Part shown: in pieces, positions 19,297 through 28,491 of the stretch | Numbering within the stretch: position 1 is the first letter of the stretch | Layout: each line of letters begins with the position of its first letter | NCBI GenBank assembly: GCA_965198225.1 | Contig: CBDAOY010000009.1 | Span: 512,001-576,000 of the forward strand | Direction of reading: 5' to 3' | DNA: 64,000 bases | Source of the DNA: Terriglobia bacterium | GTDB lineage: Bacteria > Acidobacteriota > Terriglobia > 20CM-2-55-15 | Notes under the pieces: generated by a model | What the model was told of the DNA's origin: nothing | What the model saw: only the letters and a program-made list of their open reading frames with translations | Database searches by the model: none | Translations under genes and position numbers: made by a program

Positions 19297-21330
19297 ATGT
19301 TCAAATCACAAGCAGCAATGCCGGTGGTGGTGATAGTCATCCTGACTGCGCTGCTGGTGCCGTTGCCGACGATCTTCCTGGACATTCTGATTTCGGCGAA
19401 TGTTTCGCTGTCGGTCGTCGTTCTTCTGTCGTCCCTCTACGTCCTCAACCCGGTCAACTTCTCGGCATTCCCTTCGATCCTGCTGCTGACGACGCTGTTC
19501 CGGCTGTCGCTCAACATCGCTTCCACACGGTTGATTCTGCTCAACGGAGCCCAGGGTCTTTCGGCTGCCGGAGACGTCATTTCGGCGTTCGGGCAGTTCG
19601 TCGTCGGGGGTAACTATGCCGTCGGTATCATCATATTCCTCGTCCTGATCATCATCCAGTACGTCGTCATCAACCACGGTGCCGTCCGTATTTCGGAAGT
19701 CACTGCGCGCTTTACTTTGGATGCGTTACCGGGAAAGCAGCTCTCGATCGATGCGGATCTCAACGCCGGGATCATCGATCAGGAAGAAGCGCGCGAAAGG
19801 CGGGCGAGCGTCAGCAAGGAAGCCGACTTCTACGGCGCCATGGATGGCGCCATCCGGTTTACTCAGCGCGACGCGATGGCGTCGATCCTGATCACGCTGA
19901 TCAACATCATCGGCGGCCTGTTCATCGGGATGTTCCAGAACGACATGGAAGCCCTGGTCGCGCTCGAAACATTCACGATCCTGACGATCGGGGACGGACT
20001 CGTCACCGCTATCCCGTCGCTGCTGATTTCGATCTCCGGCGGTCTGATCACGACGCGGACAGCGGGAGAGTCGAGCCTTGGGGAGGAAGTCGGGGGCCAG
20101 CTGTTCGCGAACTCCAAACCGATCTTCTTCGCTTGCGCGATCGTCGGGGGTCTGGGGTTGGTGCCGGGACTGCCGACGCTGGCTTTCCTGACGCTCGGAA
20201 GCGTGCTCGGCACGATCGGATTTGCCGTGCAGCGCGCCGAGAAGGACAGCGAGCTCGAACCGGTCGTCGAAGCCCCCGAACCGGACGAGGGGACGGTGGA
20301 TCGCGCGACCGCCTTCTTGAAGATCGACAGCCTTGCCGTGGAGATCGGTTACGGTCTGGTCGGCATCGTCGATGCCCAGCAGGGCGGCGATTTCCTTGGT
20401 CGAATCCGATCCATCCGAAAGCAGCTCGCCCAGGAACTGGGAATGATCGTTCCTCCCGTCAACATTACCGACAACCTGAAGCTCGGCGCCCGCGAGTACA
20501 CGATCCTCCTGAAGGGAATCGACATCGGTCGTGGCGAGTTGATGATGGACCGGTTCATGGCAATCGACCCCGGCAATACCACCGGGACGATCGAAGGGTC
20601 GCCGACCCAGGAGCCCACCTTCGGCCTCCCTGCATTCTGGATCACGAAAGAAAACAAAGAGCGTGCCCAGTTGATGAACTACACGGTGGTCGATGCTTCG
20701 ACCATCCTGGCCACGCATCTCACGGAAATGATCCGGTCGTACGCGCACGAACTGCTTGGACGGCAGGAAGTTAAGACACTGATCGATCATGTCGGTGAGA
20801 CCCACCCGAAACTGATCGAAGAGCTCGTGCCGCACACGCTCTCGGTCGGCGAGATCCAGAAAGTGCTGCAGAGCCTGCTCCGCGAGAAAGTTTCCATCCG
20901 GGATCTCGTGACGATATTCGAGAGCCTGGCCGACTACGGCGCTCGGACCAAGGATCCGGTCACATTGACCGAGGCCGTCCGCGCGACGCTGAGTCGATCG
21001 ATCACGAAGCCCCTCCTGAACGAAACCGGCGAGCTCCCGATCATTTCGCTGTCGCCGGAGTGGGAGGGCAGGCTCAAGGAAGCAATGATCGCCGATGAGG
21101 GCGGAGCGTACCTGGCCTTGGATTCCAAAGGGTTCGAAGAGTTGGTTCAGGCTTTGAGCGAAACGTGTCAGAAGCTGACGTCGTCCCAGTGGACGCTGTT
21201 GTGTTCGAGCACCGTGCGTTACCACGTTCGCAAGCTGATCGAGAGATTCATACCGCAGCTGACGGTTGTTTCGCCGAATGACATCCCGCCGAACCTTCAG
21301 ATTGTTTCGCAAGGAGTTGTTGGACAATGA
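19297..21330 (+). CDS. flhA: Flagellar export protein FlhA
   Basis: RISEVTARFTLDALPGKQLSIDADLNAG, FYGAMDGA.RF, LTIGDGLV. Confidence 0.98.
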   Translation: MFKSQAAMPVVVIVILTALLVPLPTIFLDILISANVSLSVVVLLSSLYVLNPVNFSAFPSILLLTTLFRLSLNIASTRLILLNGAQGLSAAGDVISAFGQFVVGGNYAVGIIIFLVLIIIQYVVINHGAVRISEVTARFTLDALPGKQLSIDADLNAGIIDQEEARERRASVSKEADFYGAMDGAIRFTQRDAMASILITLINIIGGLFIGMFQNDMEALVALETFTILTIGDGLVTAIPSLLISISGGLITTRTAGESSLGEEVGGQLFANSKPIFFACAIVGGLGLVPGLPTLAFLTLGSVLGTIGFAVQRAEKDSELEPVVEAPEPDEGTVDRATAFLKIDSLAVEIGYGLVGIVDAQQGGDFLGRIRSIRKQLAQELGMIVPPVNITDNLKLGAREYTILLKGIDIGRGELMMDRFMAIDPGNTTGTIEGSPTQEPTFGLPAFWITKENKERAQLMNYTVVDASTILATHLTEMIRSYAHELLGRQEVKTLIDHVGETHPKLIEELVPHTLSVGEIQKVLQSLLREKVSIRDLVTIFESLADYGARTKDPVTLTEAVRATLSRSITKPLLNETGELPIISLSPEWEGRLKEAMIADEGGAYLALDSKGFEELVQALSETCQKLTSSQWTLLCSSTVRYHVRKLIERFIPQLTVVSPNDIPPNLQIVSQGVVGQ

Positions 21331-22553
21331 GAGTGAAGACTTACCAGACGCGGTCCATTCAAGAGGCCGTCGAACACATCAAACGCGACTTCGGCGCCGA
21401 AGCCATGATTCTCGGCACGCGGCCCGTTTCCAGCCGTAGGCCCTGGGGGATCCGTCGCCGCCGGTGGGAGGTTACCGCGGGAATCCCGGAGCCGAAACCT
21501 GAGTCCAACCCCGTCGACAAAGCCGCCGAGTCCGTGCCCGACAGCGTCGAGATCGGGACGAGGGCTTCGGAGCCAGCCGAAGCGGACGCAGCTAAAGAGG
21601 CCGCCGTCGATGTCGCCGGCCCGGCCATGTCGGAGTTGGAAGCGCCGTCGCGCCTGATCCGCAAAGCCGAGTCCCGCATCGAAGAAGTGCTCGAGGAAAT
21701 CGACGAATTGAAGCGTTCCGTTCGGTTCCTGGGACAGGCGATCCCCAACCAGGCTGTAGCGGGCCGGGAAACCTACGCCGAGTTGGTTGGACAGGGGGTC
21801 GACCCCGAATTCGCAGAGAAGTTGATCGCCAGCGCGACGCGTATCGACGGAGCTCCCGGTAAGACCCGCGATGCGGTTCGGGCGCTCCTCAAAGAGATGT
21901 TGACCATCGAGCCTCCGGTGGAATTGCAGGCCAGGAAGCGAGTCATCAGCGTCTTCATCGGACCGACCGGTGTGGGCAAGACGACGGCGGTCGCTAAACT
22001 CGCGGCCCAGGCTTCTCTGCGTTACGGAAAGAAGGTGGCGCTGATCTCTACCGACGCGCAGCGGGTGAACGGACAGGAACAGCTCTCCCGCTACGCCCAG
22101 CTGCTGAATGTCCCGTCCTTCAAGTGCTCCGACACGGACGCCCTGAAGGAAATGGTCCAGTCCCTCGAGGACTACAGCCTCATCCTGATCGACACGGCCG
22201 GATGCAGCCCGTCAGACCTGGCCCGGCTGGACCGCCTGCAACTTGGGCTGGAGGGTCTCGGAGCGAGGGTTCAGCTCGTGCTGAGCGCGACCACCAAATC
22301 TGAAGACGTGGCGAAGATCCACAAGCGTTTTCAACGTTTTTCACCGAATTCGGTGGTGTTTACAAAGATGGACGAGACCGATTCGCGAGGCAGCGTGGTC
22401 GGCGAGCTCTTGCGCTATCTGTTGCCGGTTTCGTTCTTGAGCAACGGACAACGCGTCCCGGAAGACCTCCTGATTCCGACCGGGTCCGAACTGGCCGGAT
22501 ACATGTTGCCGGTACAGCTGGATCGCTCGTCGCGGCACGCGCGGGGGCAGTGA
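21327..22553 (+). CDS. flhF: SRP-family GTPase FlhF
   Basis: N-terminal B domain (MRVKTY...EA...IK..FG.EA.IL), GPTGVGKTT, IDTAG, TKMDET, GQRVPEDL. Confidence 0.93.
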   Translation: MRVKTYQTRSIQEAVEHIKRDFGAEAMILGTRPVSSRRPWGIRRRRWEVTAGIPEPKPESNPVDKAAESVPDSVEIGTRASEPAEADAAKEAAVDVAGPAMSELEAPSRLIRKAESRIEEVLEEIDELKRSVRFLGQAIPNQAVAGRETYAELVGQGVDPEFAEKLIASATRIDGAPGKTRDAVRALLKEMLTIEPPVELQARKRVISVFIGPTGVGKTTAVAKLAAQASLRYGKKVALISTDAQRVNGQEQLSRYAQLLNVPSFKCSDTDALKEMVQSLEDYSLILIDTAGCSPSDLARLDRLQLGLEGLGARVQLVLSATTKSEDVAKIHKRFQRFSPNSVVFTKMDETDSRGSVVGELLRYLLPVSFLSNGQRVPEDLLIPTGSELAGYMLPVQLDRSSRHARGQ

Positions 22554-22608
22554 ACGAGAGCATGTGGATCGCTGCCGATAGTTGGCATCCGAACAGTAGG
22601 AAGTTTCT

Positions 22609-23358
22609 ATGACGACGATTGCAAGAGATGACCTGATCAATGAAGCGCTACCGCTCATCAACCACATCGCCCACCGGGTTGCGGTTCGACTTCCCCGGAG
22701 CGTCGAGATCCGGGACCTGGTCAATGCCGGTGTACTCGGGTTGTTGGACGCGGTCGATAAGTTCGATCCGGAACGCAACGTGAAGTTCAAGACGTATGCG
22801 GAGCTGAGAATCCGAGGCGCGATGCTCGACAGCCTCCGCGACCTGGATTGGGCGCCGCGCTCGCTCCGTAAAAAGAGCAAGGACCTGGAGAAGATCTACG
22901 CGGACCTCCAGCAACGTCTCGGTCGTCCGGCGACCGACGAAGAGGTCTGTGAAGAGCTCGGCGGCGACATGGAGCAGTTCCACTCCCTTGTCGACCAGTT
23001 GAACGGCTTGAGCATCGGATCGTTCGAAGACATCGGTGCCGACCGCGAAGACGGTTCCGGCGAGAGTTTCATCAACTACTACGCCGACGACGGCGACAAC
23101 GACCCCTACATGGAGTTCGAGCGCGGGGAACTGGGGGCCGTGCTCGGGGAGGCCATCGAGACCCTCCCGGAGAGGGAACGCCTCGTCCTGTCGCTCTACT
23201 ACTACGAAGAGTTCACGATGAAGGAGATCGGAGCCGTTCTCGGGGTGAACGAGTCTCGAGTTTCACAGCTCCATACCAAGGCGACGCTCCGTCTGAGATC
23301 CAAGCTCAAGAAAGTCTCTCCCGGCGTTGAGTCCTCCCTGCAGCTGATGAGTGAGTGA
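22609..23358 (+). CDS. fliA: RNA polymerase sigma28 factor FliA
   Basis: DLVNAGVLGLLDAVDKFD, YAELRIRGAMLDSLRDLDW.PRS, EIGAVLGVNESRVSQLH. Confidence 0.97.
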   Translation: MTTIARDDLINEALPLINHIAHRVAVRLPRSVEIRDLVNAGVLGLLDAVDKFDPERNVKFKTYAELRIRGAMLDSLRDLDWAPRSLRKKSKDLEKIYADLQQRLGRPATDEEVCEELGGDMEQFHSLVDQLNGLSIGSFEDIGADREDGSGESFINYYADDGDNDPYMEFERGELGAVLGEAIETLPERERLVLSLYYYEEFTMKEIGAVLGVNESRVSQLHTKATLRLRSKLKKVSPGVESSLQLMSE

Positions 23359-24242
23359 TGGAAAAAAAAGTACAGGCGTACAACTACAAACGTCCAGACC
23401 GTATCTCGAAGAACCAGCTACGTTCGCTTCACTTCGTCCATGATCGTTTCGCGAGGAACATTTCGTCGGCAGTCTCGGCGTACCTGCGAAAGGTCGTTGA
23501 AATCACCCTGGATACCATCGACCAGACGACCTACGCGGAGTTTCTTTCCTCGGCTTCCGACCCGACCTGCTATTCGGCCGTTGCGTTGAAGCCGTTGGAG
23601 GGGTCGGCCGCGCTGGAGATCGCCCCGGAAGCGATCTTCACGATTATCGACCGCATGCTCGGGGGTAAGGGCGAGCCGATGGAAAACGTTCGCGCGATGA
23701 CCGAAATCGAGCAGAACGTCGTCCAGACGATCCTGAAACTCGTTGTCGACAACCTCAAGGAGGCCTGGAGGCAGATCTACGCGATCGAGTTTGCGATCAC
23801 GGCCACGGAAACGCATCCACACATGATCCAGATCGTTTCACCCAACGAGATGGTGGTCGTATTCGCCTTCCAGATGCGCACGCGGGACTGCACTGCCAAG
23901 ATCAGCCTGGCCTTCCCGACGCTGGTACTGGAACCGATCATCCACATCTTCGACAAGGAATTGACCGGCCCAAAGAAGACCGCAGCCGGGTCGTCGCTGG
24001 CCGCCAACGTGCATAAGGTGCCTGTGAACGTCTCGATCGAGACAGCAGAAACATACTTTCCGATGCGGTCGGTATTGTCGCTCGAGGAAGGCGACACCCT
24101 TGTGCTCGAGCAGCGGAAGGACCTGCCGATCGTACTGCGCATCGCCGGCAAGAACAAATTGCAGGCAAACGCGCGACTCGAGGCCAGCAGTAAGGCCTTT
24201 GAGATCGTGGAAGCGGTAAAGGTAGCAACCGGAGATCTCTAA
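23358..24242 (+). CDS. fliM: Flagellar motor switch protein FliM lacking the N-terminal CheY-binding peptide
   Basis: YNYKRPDRISK.QLR.L..HDRFAR, IDRMLGGKG, R..TEIE; in-frame TGA at 23352 prevents an upstream extension. Confidence 0.9.
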   Translation: MEKKVQAYNYKRPDRISKNQLRSLHFVHDRFARNISSAVSAYLRKVVEITLDTIDQTTYAEFLSSASDPTCYSAVALKPLEGSAALEIAPEAIFTIIDRMLGGKGEPMENVRAMTEIEQNVVQTILKLVVDNLKEAWRQIYAIEFAITATETHPHMIQIVSPNEMVVVFAFQMRTRDCTAKISLAFPTLVLEPIIHIFDKELTGPKKTAAGSSLAANVHKVPVNVSIETAETYFPMRSVLSLEEGDTLVLEQRKDLPIVLRIAGKNKLQANARLEASSKAFEIVEAVKVATGDL

Positions 24243-24527
24243 TGGAAAACGTTCCCGAAAACGAGAACACAGGCGCCGATCGGAACATGGATGTCTTCAT
24301 GGACCTTCAGCTGGCGGCCTCGATCCGCTTCGGCGAGACCGAAATGCTGATCGAGGACGTCATCAAGCTGGGCGTAGCAACCGGAGATCTCTAATGGAAA
24401 ACGTTCCCGAAAACGAGAACACAGGCGCCGATCGGAACATGGATGTCTTCATGGACCTTCAGCTGGCGGCCTCGATCCGCTTCGGCGAGACCGAAATGCT
24501 GATCGAGGACGTCATCAAGCTGGGCGT
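24222..24527 (+). repeat. Perfect 152-bp tandem duplication of the fliM 3' end and fliN 5' half
   Basis: 24222-24373 equals 24374-24525, with GT microhomology at the junction. Confidence 0.92.
24242..24394 (+). pseudogene. fliN: Truncated 50-aa fliN fragment created by the duplication
   Basis: MENVPENE...DVIKLGVATGDL*, with its stop overlapping the ATG of intact fliN. Confidence 0.7.
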
Positions 24528-24693
24528 CGGTTCAGTCATCGAGTTGAACTCGAGTATCGACGAGCCCGTCGAACTGGTCGTCAACGGCCGGCCCCTTGCC
24601 CGGGGTGAAGTGGTCATCGTCGACGGGTTCTACGGAATCAGAATTACGGAGCTTTGCAGTGGCGACAAACGTCTTCTTGCTTTCGACGCCTGA
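24394..24693 (+). CDS. fliN: Flagellar motor switch protein FliN
   Basis: GSVIEL....EPVELVVNG...ARGEVV.VDG.YGIRITE. Confidence 0.93.
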   Translation: MENVPENENTGADRNMDVFMDLQLAASIRFGETEMLIEDVIKLGVGSVIELNSSIDEPVELVVNGRPLARGEVVIVDGFYGIRITELCSGDKRLLAFDA

Positions 24694-25066
24694 GAAGATC
24701 GGCATCTACCTGGCGTTGGCCCTCTGCGGCCTTTCGATTCTGCTGCTTGCGCTGCATGTGCAACGTAAGTTCATGCGGGCCGGCGGCGCCCTGTCCAGCC
24801 TGAACAAGGAGTGGGAGGACGCGCAGTCGAAGTTCTTCCAGATCGCGGAAGTGGCGGAGCACCGGATGGAGGCTCTCGACCCGAACGCGGGCAGCCCCAT
24901 CCCGCCCCAGCCGAGGGGTGAAGTCACCTTCGATGTTCGCAGTCATGTCGCGGCGATGGGAAAGCGGGGACTCGACTCTCCGGAGATCGCCCGATCGGCG
25001 GGCCTGAGCGAGGGTGAAGTCGAAGTGCTCCTCGGGATGTCGCGGATTGCGGACAGGAAAAAATAG
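24677..25066 (+). CDS. Membrane-anchored protein with C-terminal HTH, DUF2802/SwrB(YlxL)-like
   Basis: TTG start (inferred), TM segment, coiled coil, GLDSPEIARSAGLSEGEVEVLL; last gene of the fliA operon. Confidence 0.65.
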   Translation: MLSTPEKIGIYLALALCGLSILLLALHVQRKFMRAGGALSSLNKEWEDAQSKFFQIAEVAEHRMEALDPNAGSPIPPQPRGEVTFDVRSHVAAMGKRGLDSPEIARSAGLSEGEVEVLLGMSRIADRKK

Positions 25067-25085
25067 CCAGGTAGGTCTTTTCTTC

Positions 25086-25113
25086 CTATCGGCAGATCGT
25101 CGCTAGTTCTTCA
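25086..25113 (-). promoter_or_regulatory. Orphan antisense sigma28-type promoter
   Basis: Minus strand TGAA-N16-GCCGATAG; the CTGAAGAAC 9-mer is identical to that in the flbD-motAB promoter. Confidence 0.5.
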
Positions 25114-25207
25114 GCCGGAAGTGCGGGACCGGGAGAAAATTCTTCAAGATGCTGAATATAAAGCAGGCTCGGATTCCCGGACTCGGCCTCCATCCCCGAA
25201 CCTCCTC

Positions 25208-25223
25208 TGGAACCGGGGTTGCA
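25208..25223 (+). promoter_or_regulatory. Sigma54 promoter of flgFGAHIJ
   Basis: TGGAAC-CGGGG-TTGCA. Confidence 0.75.
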
Positions 25224-25277
25224 CTACCGATCTTCAGAGCTGCGCCGCCCAGAGTGCAGCCAAAGTGAGTTGTTGTT

Positions 25278-25985
25278 ATGAATGACGCCGTATTTACCGC
25301 CTACGAGGCCCTGGAAGCGAGGATGAAGATGGTCGACATCATCGCCAACAACCTCGCCAACGCCCAGACGACCGGTTTCAAACGCGACTTCGGTCAAGTC
25401 CTCGAAGAAGCCACCGCAACAGCAACCAACATCGAAGTCTACAGCCTCGTGGACCTGGCACCCGGAGAACTGGTGACGACGGGCAACGAGCTGGATGCCG
25501 CCATCGACGGTCCCGGTTTCTTTGCAATCGAAACCGACAACGGTACCCGGTATACGCGCAACGGCAGTTTCTCGGTCAACGCCGACGGTGAACTCGTCCT
25601 GAAAGACGGCCTTCGGGTTCTTTCCGACGGCGACACTCCGATTTTCGTCGGCACCGGCAAGGTCTCGATCCAGGATGGAGGCGACGTCCTCGTCGACGGC
25701 AACGTGGTGTCTACGCTCCGGATCGTCGATTTCAACGATCCCAAGTACCTTCGGAAAGAAGGCATGTTCCGTCTTGAATGGACCGGTGCTGCCCTCGACG
25801 TGGCCGATGTACTCGAGCCCAGAATCAAGAGTGGTCATCTGGAGAAATCCAACGTCAGACCGATCAGCGAGATGATCGAGCTCATGGGAGCTTATCGAGA
25901 GTTTGAATCGGTCGCCCAGACCTTGAGGTCCGTCACGACGGAGATGGACAAACAGTTACTAGCCGAGTTGGCTGACCTTATGTAG
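25278..25985 (+). CDS. flgF: Flagellar basal-body rod protein FlgF
   Basis: IIANNLANAQTTGFKRD, YTRNGSF, LEKSNV; position before flgG. Confidence 0.88.
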   Translation: MNDAVFTAYEALEARMKMVDIIANNLANAQTTGFKRDFGQVLEEATATATNIEVYSLVDLAPGELVTTGNELDAAIDGPGFFAIETDNGTRYTRNGSFSVNADGELVLKDGLRVLSDGDTPIFVGTGKVSIQDGGDVLVDGNVVSTLRIVDFNDPKYLRKEGMFRLEWTGAALDVADVLEPRIKSGHLEKSNVRPISEMIELMGAYREFESVAQTLRSVTTEMDKQLLAELADLM

Positions 25986-25987
25986 CG

Positions 25988-26060
25988 CTTAGCTATTAGC
26001 GATTGGCTTTTGGCCGCTAACAGCTAACAGCCAATAGCCAACAGCGACAAAGCCAAATAG
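25988..26060. repeat. Inverted pair of degenerate heptamer tracts (GCTAACA/GCCAATA type)
   Basis: TAGCTATTAGCGATTGGCTTTTGGC followed by GCTAACAGCTAACAGCCAATAGCCAACAGC. Confidence 0.65.
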
Positions 26061-26068
26061 GAGTTCAA

Positions 26069-26857
26069 ATGTTAAGAGCCCTCCACACGGCCGCGACAGG
26101 AATGCAGGCCCAACAGATCAACATCGACACGATCGCCAACAACATCGCGAACGTGAATACGACCGGGTTCAAACAGTCGCGCGCGGAGTTCCAGGATCTT
26201 CTATATCAGGACCTCCGGCCCGCCGGGACCGCTTCTTCGAGTTCGACGGAGTACCCGACCGGGCTGCAGCTTGGCCTGGGAACGATGCCCGTCGCCACGG
26301 CCCGAGATTACAGCCAGGGGGACTTCAGACAGACCGACAACCCGCTCGATGTCGTCATCGCCGGGAAAGGTTTCTTCCAGGTGGCACTTCCCAGCGGCGA
26401 GACCGGCTACACGCGTGATGGCTCTTTCCATGTTGATCAGGCAGGGAACCTGGTGACGGCCGACGGTAATCCGCTCGAGCCGGCGATCACGATTCCGGCC
26501 GAGGCTCAGGGCATCGTCATCGGCGCCGACGGCACGGTCTCGGTGACGCAGCACGGACAGACCGACGCTCAACAGGTCGGCACGCTCCAGATCGCCGACT
26601 TCCAGAATCCGGCGGGACTGAGCGCGATCGGTCGCAATCTGCTGTTGCCCACCACCGCATCGGGAGACCCGATTGCGGGAACCCCGGGAGAATCCGGTCT
26701 CGGCTTGCTGAATCAAGGGTTTCTCGAGCAATCGAACGTGAACGTCGTCGAGGAAATGGTCAACATGATCATCGCCCAGCGTGCCTATGAGGTGAACTCC
26801 CGGGCGGTCAGAGTCGCCGACGACATGCTGCAACAGGTCAACAACCTCGTCCGGTAA
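26069..26857 (+). CDS. flgG: Flagellar distal rod protein FlgG
   Basis: 262 aa; [29 protein letters not shown]. Confidence 0.97.
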   Translation: MLRALHTAATGMQAQQINIDTIANNIANVNTTGFKQSRAEFQDLLYQDLRPAGTASSSSTEYPTGLQLGLGTMPVATARDYSQGDFRQTDNPLDVVIAGKGFFQVALPSGETGYTRDGSFHVDQAGNLVTADGNPLEPAITIPAEAQGIVIGADGTVSVTQHGQTDAQQVGTLQIADFQNPAGLSAIGRNLLLPTTASGDPIAGTPGESGLGLLNQGFLEQSNVNVVEEMVNMIIAQRAYEVNSRAVRVADDMLQQVNNLVR

Positions 26858-26865
26858 TCGAGGGA

Positions 26866-27771
26866 GTGATTAACATGATCGCATTAGCACTGACTCTTCT
26901 CTGCTGCCTGACGGCACCCGCGGAAGTGAGTATCGACAAAGAGGCCATGGTCCTCGGAGATCTCATCGAATTCCCAGCCGGCGACCTGCGCGCGACGCTG
27001 CCACTCGGACGCGCTCCGAATCCAGGGCTTGCCCGCCGGCTCCACGACTACGAGATTCTCGGCAAACTGAGAACCTCGGGCCTGCGCTCAGACGATCTCA
27101 AGTTGCCCGCCGCGGTCCTCATCCGTCGGCGATCCGCCAGGCTCGGTCGCGAGGACGTCTGGAATGAGGTGTCTGACCTCTTCGGGCGCACCTACCCGGA
27201 CGGGAGAGTCGAGATTCTGGACCTGCAGATACCCGCGATAGAGGTGGCGACGGGCCGCATCGAGCTCGCGGCGACGTTGCCGTCGGGCTTTAACCCTGAC
27301 GGCCTCATCTCGGTTCGACTGGACATCCGCGGAGAAAGCTTTGCGCGATCGGCCTTCATACCGACGCGAGTTCGGATCGAGACACCCCAACCGGTTCTGA
27401 CAGGCGCTGTACGAGCGCATTCGCAGCTTGCTCAGAGCGACGTCGAGTGGCGCTTGATGCCGCTCAGCACTATCAAGGATGCGGTGGGATCCTTCGACGA
27501 GATCCGCGGGAAGCTCGCCAAACGGGACCTGGAAGCCGGCGCCATCCTGACCAGCCGTCAGCTCTATTCTCCGGTGCTGGTACGCCGGGGCGACGCCGTT
27601 GTGGTGCTTGCCCGAGTAGGCGGCATCACGGTGTCCGCGATGATGCGGGCGCGCTCGGCGGGACAGTACGGGGACACGATTATCGTCGAACACCTGAACC
27701 GCGACGGAAGCACCACGGCCCGCATCACCGGCCAGGGAACAGTCGAAGCACTCGTAGGGGGACAGCGATGA
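26866..27771 (+). CDS. flgA: P-ring assembly chaperone FlgA
   Basis: Signal peptide; SAF-like region, LVRRGD.V...G...V.....A...G..GD.I.V. Confidence 0.85.
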   Translation: MINMIALALTLLCCLTAPAEVSIDKEAMVLGDLIEFPAGDLRATLPLGRAPNPGLARRLHDYEILGKLRTSGLRSDDLKLPAAVLIRRRSARLGREDVWNEVSDLFGRTYPDGRVEILDLQIPAIEVATGRIELAATLPSGFNPDGLISVRLDIRGESFARSAFIPTRVRIETPQPVLTGAVRAHSQLAQSDVEWRLMPLSTIKDAVGSFDEIRGKLAKRDLEAGAILTSRQLYSPVLVRRGDAVVVLARVGGITVSAMMRARSAGQYGDTIIVEHLNRDGSTTARITGQGTVEALVGGQR

Positions 27772-28466
27772 AGAAAATCTGCTTTTTGTTGATGCTCGTT
27801 CTTGCCTCGTCGCCGGTCCTGGCGGTCTCGGACGACGACGATGGGGACGTCCGGATCTCTCCCCTGGAGGAGTACCTGCGGCAGGCGCGCGCGGCTGCAC
27901 GCCAGTTCATGCCCACAGGCCCTTCCCTGTTCTCGCCGACTGCCGCGAACCTGTTTCTCTTCATCGATGTGAAAGCGCGGAACGTCAACGACATCGTTAC
28001 GATCCAGATCATCGAGAATTCGACGGCCTCGAACTCTGCCAACACCTCCACGGCGCGCAGCGGCCAGGCGAACGTCGCGGCGCCGTCCTTCTTCGGTCTT
28101 GAGCTGGGATCGTCGGCGCTCAACTTCTCCAACATCCTGCAGGGACTTTCCGACCTCTCGTTCGACGGCCAGGGATCGACCTCCCGGGCAGGGCCACTGA
28201 CCGCGTCGTTGTCGGCCCGGGTTGTGGAGGTTTTACCGAATGGAGACCTGGTCCTGGAAGGGACCAAACAGGTCACGATCAACCGGGAAAGCCACATCCT
28301 GAAGTTGCGCGGCGTCGTTCGGTCCCGCGACGTCAGCCCGCATAACCTGGTCCTGTCGACTTCCATCGCGCACATGGAGGTCAGTTTCGACGGCAGGGGC
28401 GTTGTGAGCGACGCCAATGAGCCCGGGTTCTTCTACAAGCTGTTCAAGTGGCTCACACCGTTCTAA
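27768..28466 (+). CDS. flgH: L-ring protein FlgH
   Basis: D.KA..V.D.VTI.I.E, ARVVEVLPNG.L..EG.K...IN, G.VR..D, PG...KLF....PF. Confidence 0.93.
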   Translation: MKKICFLLMLVLASSPVLAVSDDDDGDVRISPLEEYLRQARAAARQFMPTGPSLFSPTAANLFLFIDVKARNVNDIVTIQIIENSTASNSANTSTARSGQANVAAPSFFGLELGSSALNFSNILQGLSDLSFDGQGSTSRAGPLTASLSARVVEVLPNGDLVLEGTKQVTINRESHILKLRGVVRSRDVSPHNLVLSTSIAHMEVSFDGRGVVSDANEPGFFYKLFKWLTPF

Positions 28467-28491
28467 AGCTATGAAATCGAGGGATGAACAC

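Noticed and set aside
22551-22581. GCCGATAG upstream of fliA as an autoregulatory sigma28 promoter
   Set aside because: No TAAA or TGAA at the 16-nt spacing used by all other sites (the nearest is at 19 nt).
23362-23369. A8 tract at the fliM 5' end as a phase-variation switch
   Set aside because: Short, in frame and explained by Glu-Lys-Lys codons; no evidence of variation.
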